Translations under genes and position numbers: made by a program
Notes under the pieces: model-generated
What the model was told of the DNA's origin: nothing
The model's input: only the letters and a program-made list of their open reading frames with translations
Database searches by the model: none
Shown: positions 1 through 11,171 of the stretch, piece by piece
How positions within the stretch are numbered: the first letter of the stretch is position 1
Layout: every line of letters begins with the position of its first letter
Source: an uncultured Methanosarcinaceae archaeon
Lineage (GTDB): Archaea; Halobacteriota; Methanosarcinia; Methanosarcinales; Methanosarcinaceae
Direction of reading: 5' to 3'
DNA length: 64,000 nucleotides
NCBI GenBank assembly: GCA_963727895.1
Contig: CAVSHT010000012.1
Location: forward strand, 320,001-384,000

Positions 1-284
1 TATTTTGCTCTTTATATTTTATAAATAAAATAATAACAATAGTAATATGTTGAGAATTAATATCTACAGAAAGCTATTAAAATAAGTTACAAAAGACCGA
101 AATGAAATAGGAACTAATTATCAGACTTTTGGTTCAAATTTAAGACATGAGTGATTTTAGAGGATAATTACATAATATGTAAAGATAAAAATAAGTAAAA
201 ATAGAATAGATCAATGAAGCATTGATCCTCTATTTTATTGAAAAGGAAGAAAAAACTTCATATTGAAATCATTTTTTGTCTGTT

Positions 285-2045
285 TCAGTTAGCTTCCGAA
301 TCGCCTTCAACAAGATCTTCCAAGCTATGTTCCATGTAAGGAGCATTGCTCCTGTTGATTAATTCCTGACAAACTTCAACCGGCCTTCCATCCATTACAA
401 GAACACTATTATCAATTAATATAACCCGATGAGCAACTTCTCGGACAAAATCCATATGGTGGCTCACAAGAACAATAGTCGTACCAAAGCGTTCATTGAT
501 TCTTTTCAATGAATTTGTGACATCCCTAAGGGTTACAGGATCTAGATCTCCAAATGGCTCATCAAGCATGAGGTACTGAGGAGATGTTGAAAGGCTTAAA
601 GCAATAAAAGCCCTAACATGCTCGCCTCCACTGATCTGATAAGGAGTTTTATCAAGAACTTCCATTGGTAGATCAAGAGCTTCAAAAACTGGTTTTGCAT
701 AGGTATCGACATCTGTAACCGGGATAGTAGGGAAAAGTTCAGAATAGATAGTATCATTAAGACTCAGATCTCGCAGCGCATTTACTTTCTCTTCCTCTGG
801 CATGTCAGGAAGGCGATATATAGTGTCAAGAGTTTCGTCCGAGAACCCCATTTCTCTGGCTTTACCCCTTGCATACTCAATTGCCCCTATCTTTTTAATG
901 CTTAACCTGAACCGAATCTGATCCCTGACTGTGGAGTTCACTGACATCGAGAATTCCTGATTCATAACACTCATGATTCTTCGGAGTTCCATACGCTTTT
1001 TGCTATATTTGGTGATATCTACCCAGTCTCCATCGCAGAGATACTCGACGGTTCCGCTTTTTGGCTTTACAAGCCCTTCCATGAGTTTCATAAGAGTTGT
1101 TTTTCCAGCTCCTGACGATCCAATTAAAGCCAGAATTTCGCCCTTATGAACATCGAGAGAGAAATCTTTTATATTAAGGACTTCCCCCATCCTGATAATG
1201 GAATAACGTTTTGAAATGTCCTTAACTTTGATGCAAACCTCTTCTTTTTTTAGTTCTGCAAGTTCTTCTTTAGGCTTCATATCCTTAAGGAATTTTTTAA
1301 GCACCCATGAAGGCTCTCCATCAGCTTCAATTTTACCATTTTCAAGAAAGATCAACCTGTCTGCAAGATAAGCATGAATTTCCGGAAGGTGAGAAACCAC
1401 TATAATTGGGATATTCAACTTGGCCTTCAGACTCTTAATTACATCAAGAACTTCTTGTTTTGTATCCGGCCCTGTCATTGTAACAGGTTCATCGAGAAGA
1501 AGGAGTTTCGGTTTTGCGGCAAGTTGCCTTGCCATGACAAGTCTCTGCTTTTCTCCCCCACTCAAAAGATTTGTAGAATGAAGTGCCTTATGTTCCAGGC
1601 CCACAAGTTTCAGATATTTCATTGCCTCTTTAAAAAGATCATCGTAATCATTAGTTACACTGTGTGGAAGATATTCATTTTGCGGAAGGGCTTCGTAGCC
1701 TACTTGAAGATAATTTAGTTTTCTTATAACGTTTTCAATAGCTGGTCCGTTCCATAATCCGAAGTTTCGCTGAAGGTGTATTGCGCTTACACTTTTAAGA
1801 AATTTTTCACCTTCGAGACCTGAAGTTGGAGTTATAATTTCTCCATCTACTTCTATAGTTCCCTTCTGAAAGGGTTCCACTCCCCGAATGATGCGCAATA
1901 GTGTAGATTTTCCACTTCCACTTCGACCTGTAATCCCAAGAATTTCTCCATCCTCCACAGTGAGGTCGATATTGTTCAGAACTCTTATTTTTTCGGAATG
2001 GACCTCATAATCTTTAACTAGGTTGGAAACTTTGAGCATAATCAT
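285..2045 (-). CDS. Two-NBD ABC-type ATPase, paralog of MCR system component A2, lacking the Cys4 zinc motif
   Basis: Two Walker A motifs (GRSGSGKS, GSSGAGKT), [16 protein letters not shown] signatures, LLLDEP/LMLDEP, no TM segments; colinear with the A2 at 26067-27674 (AIHLQRNF vs [15 protein letters not shown] vs EWVDMTK). Confidence 0.85.
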   Translation of the reverse strand: MIMLKVSNLVKDYEVHSEKIRVLNNIDLTVEDGEILGITGRSGSGKSTLLRIIRGVEPFQKGTIEVDGEIITPTSGLEGEKFLKSVSAIHLQRNFGLWNGPAIENVIRKLNYLQVGYEALPQNEYLPHSVTNDYDDLFKEAMKYLKLVGLEHKALHSTNLLSGGEKQRLVMARQLAAKPKLLLLDEPVTMTGPDTKQEVLDVIKSLKAKLNIPIIVVSHLPEIHAYLADRLIFLENGKIEADGEPSWVLKKFLKDMKPKEELAELKKEEVCIKVKDISKRYSIIRMGEVLNIKDFSLDVHKGEILALIGSSGAGKTTLMKLMEGLVKPKSGTVEYLCDGDWVDITKYSKKRMELRRIMSVMNQEFSMSVNSTVRDQIRFRLSIKKIGAIEYARGKAREMGFSDETLDTIYRLPDMPEEEKVNALRDLSLNDTIYSELFPTIPVTDVDTYAKPVFEALDLPMEVLDKTPYQISGGEHVRAFIALSLSTSPQYLMLDEPFGDLDPVTLRDVTNSLKRINERFGTTIVLVSHHMDFVREVAHRVILIDNSVLVMDGRPVEVCQELINRSNAPYMEHSLEDLVEGDSEAN

Positions 2046-2512
2046 CCCTCTTAGCGTGATATCAAGTTAATATTGGACCCGATATACATTCTGCAATTGT
2101 ACCGCTGCGATATGATAATTTATCTTATTTTGCAGAATTTATCGGACCATTTTGTACCAGTACAATTTTATACTAAAATAGGAGTCAAATATTACCTTAT
2201 AACTATTTATTGCAATCGGTTACTGTGACTTGAATTATAACAGTATAAAAAACACATATCAACTTAAAATATTTCATTATATGATACATCCACATATAAA
2301 TGTGTAAAAAAAGTTATTGATTGAGTGAAGTTACTTGTTGCTTTATTTAACTATTTCCAATCTTAAAGAAAAACGGATGAAGTAAGTTTATTTTTTTAGA
2401 CATTAAAAAAAGCTCACACTCGAAAGACAATTTTAAAAAATAAAAAATAATAATGAAATTAAGAAAATTTTTTAATAAAAGCAGGCAGCACGTCCTAGAT
2501 TAATAGTAGGGT

Positions 2513-3256
2513 TCATCTTTTTATGGCTGATACAAGTTCAGCTACCTTTGCAGTAATATCATCTACTTCTTCAACAACAGTACCAGTAACTATCATATCG
2601 GCACCTGCAGAAACACAGATTTTTGCAGCTTTTGCATCTCTGATCCCGCCGCCAACAATGAGTTTGTTATCTCCAAGTACCTTCTTGACAGCCCCTATCA
2701 TCTCAGGACTGACAGGCATATCGGCTCCGGATCCAGCTTCAAGGTAAGTATAATGCATACCAAAGTATTTGCCTGCAAGAGCATATACTATTGCAATCTC
2801 AGGCTTTTTTCTGGGAATTAGTTTTGCGTCCCCTACCCAGCCAACGGTTCCTCCAGGTTCAACAATCAAATATGCCATGGAAATAGCTTCGATCTGGCTT
2901 CGGTATACGAGTGGAGCTCCTAGCACCTGGTTTGTGATCACATATCCTAGATCTCTGGAGTTAAGAAGGCTCATGAAGAATACAGCATCTGCATAGCTAC
3001 TGAGCCCTGCGGAACTTCCTGGGAAAAGAATGGTCGGAACGTTTACAGCTTTTTTTATCTTTATGACGGTTTCATCAAGAAGGGTTCCCGACGCTCCGGT
3101 TGAGCCCCCTATCATGATAGCATCGGTTCCTCCCTTAACTGCTGCAAGAGCGATTTCTGCAGCTCGTTCAGGTGTTTGGGAAGCTGGATCAATAAGAGTA
3201 AGATGAACTTTTCCTTGCAGATCAATAATTTTCTGAAGGTGTGCTTCCACCTGCAA
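2513..3256 (-). CDS. Geranylgeranylglyceryl phosphate synthase
   Basis: HLTLIDP, IMIGGS, FMSLLNS, YLEAGSGA, VGGGIR motifs of group II GGGPS. Confidence 0.95.
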   Translation of the reverse strand: MQVEAHLQKIIDLQGKVHLTLIDPASQTPERAAEIALAAVKGGTDAIMIGGSTGASGTLLDETVIKIKKAVNVPTILFPGSSAGLSSYADAVFFMSLLNSRDLGYVITNQVLGAPLVYRSQIEAISMAYLIVEPGGTVGWVGDAKLIPRKKPEIAIVYALAGKYFGMHYTYLEAGSGADMPVSPEMIGAVKKVLGDNKLIVGGGIRDAKAAKICVSAGADMIVTGTVVEEVDDITAKVAELVSAIKR

Positions 3257-3262
3257 AAAAGA

Positions 3263-3412
3263 TCATGCTCCCTTGGATTCCTTAGATTTCACTCGAAGAG
3301 CACTGTAGCCACATTTTCTACAGCGAGTTGCCCTGACAGCATTCCTAGCGTTACATCTCATACAAATTTTTTTATTTAACAATCTTTCTTCTGCTTCTGG
3401 AAAACGACCCAT
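3263..3412 (-). CDS. rpl40e: 50S ribosomal protein L40e (49 aa, absent from ORF track)
   Basis: Manual translation: [50 protein letters not shown]4 zinc knuckle. Confidence 0.95.
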   Translation of the reverse strand: MGRFPEAEERLLNKKICMRCNARNAVRATRCRKCGYSALRVKSKESKGA

Positions 3413-3754
3413 TTTTGTCACCTGCTATTAGTTTTTAATCTTGATAAAGTATATAGCCCGCTTAATAGCTGTTAAGGAATATAACGTTTTTCATTAAAAA
3501 AAGTCATTCATTCTGCCAACTCAAAGTTTATTTATTGGTTAGGTTGTTTATTCCCTGTCCTATTGACTAGATAGTACTGAAGCTGAAATTCAATTGAAAT
3601 TGGATTGTGCTGAAGTCAAATTGAAACTATATAGAGCTGAAAAATCATTTAAAGCTAAAGTCGTTATTTTAAAGCTACAATCATTGGGTTTTCAGTATAG
3701 TTCCACGATTAATTAAACTCTTTAAGATTAATTTACTTTCTAATCTTACAAACG

Positions 3755-5110
3755 GTGATTTATGTGTTAATTCATCCTATAGACTATCGGTATGGTACAG
3801 CAGAAATGAAACACGTATGGAGCCAGGAAAACAGGCTTGCAAAGATATTACAGACAGAGGCAGCCCTTGCCCGAGCTGAAGCAGACATGGGATTAATTCC
3901 GGCAGAAGCTGCTGAGATTATATCTCAAAGTATCTCTTGTGTAAAAGCCCAAAGAGTTGACGAAATTGAAGCTGAAATCCACCATGATATGATGGCTGTG
4001 GTAGTTGCTATTTCTGAACAATGTAAAGATGATGCTGGAAAATGGGTACATTTTGGAGCCACCTCAAATGATATTCTTGACACAACAACAGCTCTTCAGA
4101 TTAAGGATTCAATCGAGATTCTGGAAGATAAACTCAAAACTCTTCTTAAAGTTCTGGTCAACCAAGCTGAAGCAAACAAGCAACTAGTCTGTTGCGGAAG
4201 AACTCATGGACAGATTGGCGTTCCAACAACATATGGCCTGCGTTTTGCTATATGGGCATCGGAAATTTCAAGGCATCTAGACCGTCTCCACCAGCTTACT
4301 CCTAGAGCAACAGTGGGACAGATGACTGGAGCAGTTGGTACCCAGGCTGCATTTGGGAAATCCGGAATTCTTATCCAGAAACTTACTATGCAACACCTTG
4401 GAATCGGGTCTGTGGACGTTTCCAATCAGATAATTCAAAGGGATAGACACGCAGAATTTGTAATGTGGATGGCAAATACGGTCACAACTCTGGATAAGAT
4501 AGGTATAGAAATCAGGACTCTACAGCGCAGTGAAATTGCCGAGATTGAAGAACGTTTTGGAAAGAAGCAAGTAGGCTCATCTACAATGCCTCATAAGCGA
4601 AATCCAATAAAATCTGAGCAGATCTGCGGGCTTGCAAGGATTGTAAGAGCTATGGTTGAACCTGAACTTCTCAACAATACTTTATGGGATGAAAGAGATT
4701 TGACCAACTCTTCTACTGAACGGATAGTCTTCCCTGAAGCATGCGTGCTTACAGATCACATCCTGAAGCTCGGAATAAATGTGATTGAAAATCTGAGGTT
4801 CTATCCAGAGAACATTAGGAAGAATTTAGAATTACTTAGGGGCCTTAATATGGGTGAAGCTGTAATGATCGAACTTGCAAAGAGAGGAGTAGGCAGACAG
4901 GAAGCCCATGAGCTTGTGCGGACTGCAGCAATGAAAGCCCATGATACAGGACAGCATTTCAAGAATGTTCTTCTGGAAAATCCTGATGTTGCAAAATATC
5001 TAACTGTTATGGACATAGAAAGTCTCGTAAACCCTGATAGATATATAGGAACTGCAGTAGAACAAGTTGAAGTACTTGTAACAAAGCTTCATGAAGCTTA
5101 TTCTCTTTAA
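3755..5110 (+). CDS. purB: Adenylosuccinate lyase (start may be GTG at 3764)
   Basis: GSSTMPHKRNP signature, HFGATSND, GRTHGQ. Confidence 0.96.
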   Translation: MIYVLIHPIDYRYGTAEMKHVWSQENRLAKILQTEAALARAEADMGLIPAEAAEIISQSISCVKAQRVDEIEAEIHHDMMAVVVAISEQCKDDAGKWVHFGATSNDILDTTTALQIKDSIEILEDKLKTLLKVLVNQAEANKQLVCCGRTHGQIGVPTTYGLRFAIWASEISRHLDRLHQLTPRATVGQMTGAVGTQAAFGKSGILIQKLTMQHLGIGSVDVSNQIIQRDRHAEFVMWMANTVTTLDKIGIEIRTLQRSEIAEIEERFGKKQVGSSTMPHKRNPIKSEQICGLARIVRAMVEPELLNNTLWDERDLTNSSTERIVFPEACVLTDHILKLGINVIENLRFYPENIRKNLELLRGLNMGEAVMIELAKRGVGRQEAHELVRTAAMKAHDTGQHFKNVLLENPDVAKYLTVMDIESLVNPDRYIGTAVEQVEVLVTKLHEAYSL

Positions 5111-5820
5111 TTTTTCTTTTTTAAAATACAAAAGAAGTGACCCGAGACCGATACTATAAAACAATTTTGCAAAAATAGGGAAGTATAAAATAGCTTATCT
5201 ACATATTTATACAATTAAATATAAATATTTATATCTAATGAAACACATTTTCTTAAAAAGACTTTATCAAACATTTTGTTCCATATGGGTGATGAGGCAT
5301 CTAAAATTAGGTTTGTGTATATGTATGATAAAGTTATAGAAGTAAACAATCGATGGTGTGAAAATGGATTAGATGCCCTCGTAATTTCCTACGATAAGGT
5401 TAGTTATAAAAGTTATGTTTATTTAAAAAATATAATGTTACAAAGAATTATTTTTTAGTAGTGTAATTCATTAATATTTAATAATCGTGTATTAACCTAG
5501 ATTATCAGGTTTTGAAGATTAATGTGTCCTAGTAATATCCCCTATGGTTTTCCGGTTTATTTCAGGTATTAGAGAAATTCATAGGCTTTAAATAAGTAAG
5601 ATCTCTGAAGTTTTAATAATGGAATAATAGGGAATTCTATTAAGTCCATACCCAATGTATCACTCTTAATAAGAAACATTATTTCAGTACTTATACCTTG
5701 GATTTGATCTACCTTCCTCAAGAATTTTATGGGTTCTGAAGCTATTTTCTATGAAGATGTACTGGGCATTTGAATCAAGTTACCAAAAACACATATCGGG
5801 GGGATTATAACTGGCATATC

Positions 5821-5828
5821 TTTATATA
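5821..5828 (+). promoter_or_regulatory. TATA box of SRP RNA gene
   Basis: TTTATATA about 22-29 nt upstream of the SRP RNA 5' end. Confidence 0.6.
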
Positions 5829-5849
5829 TTACAAGTGACTTTGTATAGC

Positions 5850-6164
5850 TGATGAGCTAGTCTGGGTAGCCCGGCGTTACCTGTAACCCGAAATCGCCGA
5901 TATGCGGGGGACGAAGCCAAAGGAAGATGTTTCAAAGAGACTCCAGCCTGGGATCTCAACTGAGAAACCCCGTCCTGCTTGGATGATGCAGATATGCGGG
6001 TCTGCTGGAAAACAGATCTTCATATCCTAACTGCAGAAACCGGTCGAGGCCCGGAAGGGAGCAGACTCACTGTGGGCAACCGTCGCTTGCGGGGCTGCGG
6101 GGTGGAGAAGAGGGTTCAGTCTCCTGGTATCCCCTAGATTCACCAACCCACGGCATGCTCATCA
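5850..6164 (+). ncRNA. ffs: Archaeal signal recognition particle (7S) RNA
   Basis: GC-rich 315-nt island; terminal helix TGATGAGC...GCTCATCA; Alu TGTAA motif; helix 8 motif AGGCCCGGAAGGGAGCA. Confidence 0.93.
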
Positions 6165-6299
6165 CTTAATATACAAAAGATAACTAGTTTTAGAGTTGAA
6201 TAATTACATTTCTGGTAAATAGTCCATTAAGACTTTTCGCTGGAAAAGATTAAATACATGAGATGCATTTAAGGGGACGCGCTTTTTAAAGTCCTTTGT

Positions 6300-6384
6300 G
6301 ACGAGATAGCCAAGCCCGGTATGGCGCGGGATTGCTAATCCCGTGATGTTCTGCATCCCGGGGGTTCGAGTCCCCCTCTCGTCG
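6300..6384 (+). tRNA. tRNA-Ser(GCT)
   Basis: Acceptor GACGAGA/TCTCGTC + G discriminator; anticodon arm CGGGA-TTGCTAA-TCCCG; long variable arm; GGTTCGAGTCC T-arm; CCA not encoded; T-rich tract follows. Confidence 0.96.
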
Positions 6385-6803
6385 TTTATTTTTTATTTTT
6401 ATCATTTAAGTTGTTTTTCTCACACATTTTTAGTTGTAATCTGTCTGGAACAGATACAAAAAAGTTAGTCTAACTACTTTCTTACCGTTTTTGAGATCAA
6501 TATTTTTGATTGTTTCCATAAAGACTTAACAAATATTTTAGAATTTACTGATTACAATGACACATCGTGTAGTAAAGAAACTTAGATAAAATAAAACGGA
6601 AGCAATTACTCAGATGTATACTCATATGTAAATATATTACGAAATATCAGCTTTGGCTCTAGGCTAGAGCCTTATTACAACAAATTGAAACTGTTAAATT
6701 TTAATATAGAACCGTGAGATTCAGAAATTTAACTTACACAATATTGTTACCAACATCAATAACTATTAATATTTCTGTATTATTTAAAAATAAATTTATA
6801 TTG

Positions 6804-8796
6804 ATGGAAACACAGATTTTAACCGATCTCCTGATTATATTTGGTCTTTCTATTCCTGTAGTTTTCACTTTTCAAAAATAAAAATAGCTCCACTCATTGG
6901 CTTTCTACTTGCAGGTATCCTTGCAGGACCTTTTGGTTTTGGATTGATTCAAGATCTGGAAAGCATCGAACTTTTAGCAGAAATAGGAGTCGTTCTCCTG
7001 CTTTTTACAATAGGAATGGAATTTTCGCTGCGCGACCTCTTACAACTTCGTAGGATCGTAATTTTTGGGGGAGGATTGCAGCTTTTATAACTACAATTCT
7101 TGTTGCTCTTATATTTCTCTGGCTTGGAAATTCCAGAGAATCCTCAATTTTTCTTGGTCTTTTAGTGGCATTAAGCAGCACTGCAATTGTTCTTAAACTC
7201 TTACAGGAAAAAGGAGAAATCTATAGCCTTCACGGAAGAACTTCTTTAGGAATACTGATTTTCCAGGATATTGCTGCAGTGATAATTATTCTCTTAATTC
7301 CGGTCCTCGCAGGCATTCCCGGAACTGAAAAGTCCTTTTTCGAGCTTATCTTACAGGGCATAGGGCTCATTGTGTTAACTCTTCTAAGTGCAAGATATGT
7401 CGTTCCTTTCATCATGTATCAGGTAGCAAAAACACGTAATAACGAACTTTTTCTTCTGAGTGTTGTAGCAATAGGACTTTTTGTTGCCTGGCTGACTTCT
7501 GTGGTTGGTCTATCTCTGGCACTAGGAGCTTTTCTTGCTGGTCTGATCATCTCGGAGTCTTAATATTCGGTTCAGGCTCTTGGAAATATAATTCCATTCA
7601 GAGACATGTTTATGAGCATTTTCTTCATTTCAATAGGAATGCTACTCGATCTCGATGTATTAAGAGAACACCTCCTCCCTATTTTAGTTGCTACCCTAGC
7701 TGTGTTGCTACTGAAGTTTCTGGCAAATGGTTTGAGTACCTTTTTCATAGGTTTTCCTTTGCACACTATGATTCTGGTTGGATTTTTCTCTTTCCCAAGT
7801 TGGAGAATTTTCCTTTATTCTTGCAAAAGCAGGTTTTACAAGTGGGTTGATCTCTCCTATCATATACCAGAAATTTTTGGATGTAGCTGTAATTTATATG
7901 ATACTTACCCCTTTTTTTATGAACATAGGATATAGAACCACTACTTTTGCTGAACTGTTACCTCTCCCTCCATTATTAAAGAGAGGCTGGTACAGTAAAT
8001 TTGAAGAAAACGAATCTGAAGAGAAAACTGAAAACCATATAATTATAGTTGGATTTGGGATAAATGGAAAAAATGTCGTAACTGCTGCAAAGGCAGCTTC
8101 AATTCCCTACATAGTAATTGACATGAATCCTGAAGTTGTACGGATAGAAAAACAGAACGAAAAATATATTTTTTATGGTGACGCTGCTCAGAATGCTGTA
8201 CTAGAACATGCAGGTATCCAAACTGCAAAAGCTGTTGTTGTGACTGCAGGTGGATCCTGCCAAGCGCCAAAAGAATAATTGAAGCTGCTCGAAGGTTGAA
8301 CCCTCAAATTCATATCATTGCCAGAACACATTTCCTTAGTGAACTGGATAAATTTTATGATTTCGGGGCAGATGAGGTCATTTCTGATGAGTTTGAAAGT
8401 TCAATAGAGCTTTTCACAAGGGTACTTCATAGATATTTAGTTCCCAGCAGTGAAATTACTTCCCTGACTTCAACATTGCGTGCCGACCATTATAAAATGC
8501 TGCGAAGTCCTGAAATTCCCAGGAAAAAAATATGTGATTTGGCTCTTGATTTTGCAGAGGTAGAAATTAGGAGTATAAGGGTTGGAAGACGTTCTAAAGC
8601 TGCAGGAATGACCCTTGGAGAACTAAATCTTCGGAAAAATTATGGAGTATCTGCGCTTGCAATCTCACGTAATCATAAAATTATTCCCGGACCAGAAGCT
8701 AAAACTAAAATCATCTCAGATGACATTTTACTTGTGATAAGCTCACCAGAAAATATCGAGAAAGTTAAAAAGATTTTTGAGGATAATACAGAATAA
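6804..8796 (+). pseudogene. Kef-type (CPA2) K+/H+ antiporter with TrkA-N and TrkA-C domains, multiply disrupted
   Basis: Fragments LAEIGVVLLLFTIGMEFS, ALSSTAIV, GILIFQD, LGAFLAGL, LSQVGEFSF, IVGFGINGK, YGDA; frameshifts near 6870, 7085, 7785, 8250-8260 and an in-frame TAA at 7561. Confidence 0.9.
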
Positions 8797-9473
8797 TGCA
8801 CAATAATCACTAGTATAACAGATTGATTACAAAATAAAGAATTTAAAAGATAGATTTAGTTGAAAAAAACGTATTTAGTTGAAAATCAAAAGTTTAAATT
8901 ATTTCATATTAAGTACTACAACAAGAAACCAAGAAAAGTATAATGAGACAAATACAAAACAAAAGTTCAAGTGATCTTAGAAAATCATCTTGCATAAGTT
9001 AATGTAGGGAAAAACATGTATAAATTGTTTACTTTGTTGGGATATAATAGAACGTTCCAAAAAGGAGAAACCCCTTCAAGATTTTAACTTGAATCGACTC
9101 TGTAAAAATTTTAAATTGGCAATTGTACCTGACAGAGTATTATTTCAAATTTAGATATGTGTAGTAAATAAACAGTATAGGTTAAGCAAAAATAAGGTTG
9201 CCTGTTTACTCATAGATCTCCCCTTTTTAACCGATTTTTCCGGTCTAATCTGTCTTGAAATCTTGCTTTTTCTCTCCCTGCTTCAGCCTAAGTTAACGTA
9301 GGTTCAGCTATATTTCAACAACTATAAATAAAGTAAAGAATAAAATACAAAATGTAAAGTTTAGATTACATATTGTGTTTAAAGACATACAATTTGTATA
9401 AATATATATACATAAAAATGCTGAGAGAATTTGGTTTTTCATTGAAAAATCCTTATTTAAGGAAGTTCTGCAA

Positions 9474-9875
9474 ATGAAACGAAAGCTATTTAAAATAATC
9501 AACTTTTTTACTGCAAGGGTTATGGCAGCTGTCATTGGTTTTTTAAAATCAATAGGAAATCCTGCAATTGCCTTAGCTTCCTTCATTGGGGGCATAGCTG
9601 TCATATACCTATCTAAACGCAGACTTGAAGATATTGTGGAAGATGAGAGAATTCGTCAGGTAAATCAAAAAGCTTCCGGGATTACTCTCCAGTTTATAAT
9701 CATCAGTTTTGCCGTCGGCGGTACCGTCCTTGTAGCAATGAAGGATACTTATCCAAAATATACAGATCTTGGTTTTTTCATGTCATACGCAGCTTGTACG
9801 AGTCTTGTACTTTATTCCATATTTTATATGTATTTTAATATGAAATTTGGAGGCGGAGTTAACGATTGGAGTTAA
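9474..9875 (+). CDS. DUF2178-like membrane protein
   Basis: Hydrophobic segments around the VEDER...KAS motif; upstream of an XRE HTH gene as is typical for this family. Confidence 0.7.
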   Translation: MKRKLFKIINFFTARVMAAVIGFLKSIGNPAIALASFIGGIAVIYLSKRRLEDIVEDERIRQVNQKASGITLQFIIISFAVGGTVLVAMKDTYPKYTDLGFFMSYAACTSLVLYSIFYMYFNMKFGGGVNDWS

Positions 9876-9948
9876 TATATTTTCAGGTTACTGAAGTATC
9901 TTGTCATAAATCCAATTTATACCTACTTATAAAAATATGGAGCTTGCG

Positions 9949-10152
9949 ATGAAGAACAACATTAAAGTTTATAGGGCTATTCATGATCTTACTCAGGAAA
10001 CTCTGGCTGAAAAAATAGGGGTAACAAGGCAAACCATACATGCAATTGAAAAAGGTAAATACGATCCTTCGCTTGAACTTGCATTCAAGCTTGCAAAATT
10101 TTTTGAAGCCCACATTGAAGATATTTTCCTCTATGAAGATAATAAAAGTTAG
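9949..10152 (+). CDS. XRE-family helix-turn-helix regulator
   Basis: LTQETLAEKIGVTRQTIHAIEKGKYDPSLELAFKLA; GGAG precedes ATG at 9949. Confidence 0.9.
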   Translation: MKNNIKVYRAIHDLTQETLAEKIGVTRQTIHAIEKGKYDPSLELAFKLAKFFEAHIEDIFLYEDNKS

Positions 10153-10609
10153 TAATTCTGAAAAAAAAGGTTGAGTCGCTTACTTCTGAGATACTGATTT
10201 TTAAATTTGAGCAAATCCCATAATAGATATGCTAGACATAATAGAATTTACTCTTTTTTCATCAAAAACTGAATCTATAAGAATTTTCCAGATAAACTTA
10301 GCTTTCCCGAGACTTCTGAGCAAGTAAACCCGAAAAAAAGGATTCATATAACTATTTTTATATTATAAAGAAACAGAGAACTGAGAACAACACAGACTCT
10401 AAATGAGTAACCTAATTTTTCCTAACAAAAATCAACATCGTCACACTCAAAAAAGCAATTTTAGTTTATAAATATATTTATATGGAATGCAAAGTAAATT
10501 ACAATAAAAAGGAATCTGCGGATGTGATGTACAGACCACAAGCTGATGCCATCAGAAAAACTAACAAGTAAATAAGCAAGTTGCAAAAAATACAAAGGAG
10601 AAGAAATCT

Positions 10610-10789
10610 ATGATACAATCATTTATAGTTGAACACTATCTCAACGAAAACGTAGATGTTTACTGTGGTGGACCTGACATTTTCAAGGGAAAAGTAGAAG
10701 CCTGTGCCGACAATGTTCTGACACTCAACAATGAAGGGAAATATACCCATATAGCCATTGACAAAATAATAGCCCTTTGGGGACAATAA
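10610..10789 (+). CDS. Small beta-rich protein, MM0924-like/Sm-like, copy 1 (59 aa, absent from ORF track)
   Basis: MIQSFIVEHYLNENVDVYCGGPDIFKGKVEACADNVLTLNNEGKYTHIAIDKIIALWGQ; AGGAG upstream; paralog of the next gene. Confidence 0.85.
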   Translation: MIQSFIVEHYLNENVDVYCGGPDIFKGKVEACADNVLTLNNEGKYTHIAIDKIIALWGQ

Positions 10790-10824
10790 GCTCGAAATTT
10801 TAATTTCAACATGAGGTGAAAGTT

Positions 10825-11001
10825 ATGCAATCTTTTATAGTAGAACACCTTCTAGGCGAAGTAGTAGATGTTTACTGTGGAGGTCCTGATGTTTTTAATG
10901 GAAAGGTCACAGCCTGCGCAGACAACGTGTTAACTCTCGACCAAAATGGAAAGCATACTCACATAGCAATCGATAAAATAATAGCTATTTGGCGCACTTA
11001 A
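10825..11001 (+). CDS. Small beta-rich protein, MM0924-like/Sm-like, copy 2 (58 aa)
   Basis: MQSFIVEHLLGEVVDVYCGGPDVFNGKVTACADNVLTL...; GAGGTGA upstream. Confidence 0.85.
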   Translation: MQSFIVEHLLGEVVDVYCGGPDVFNGKVTACADNVLTLDQNGKHTHIAIDKIIAIWRT

Positions 11002-11171
11002 ACGCTAACAGTTATAGAATAAAAGAACATTGAATCCTTAAGTCAAGAACTCTGGAAAAGTTTCGAAGCTTTAGTACTTCGCTTTTTCCAGTAGATTTTA
11101 AGTTAAAAATGTGAAATCGTCCTAGAAGTCGTGAATTTAAATCTATTAATTATTTTCTTGTTTTTCGTATT

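Noticed and set aside
3576..3685. Degenerate GCTGAA/AATTGAAA repeats upstream of purB
   Set aside because: Too degenerate to define a unit or to match upstream of purC or purL as a shared operator
5276..5458. 60-aa ORF between purB and the SRP RNA
   Set aside because: AT-rich, TTG start, no SD or motif; probably spurious
7561..7563. Pyrrolysine read-through in the Kef gene
   Set aside because: The codon is TAA, not TAG, and frameshifts surround it
9151..9213. 20-codon minus-strand ORF MSKQATLFLL... behind a strong SD-like AGGGGAG
   Set aside because: Too short, no recognisable motif; may be a gene remnant but cannot be supported
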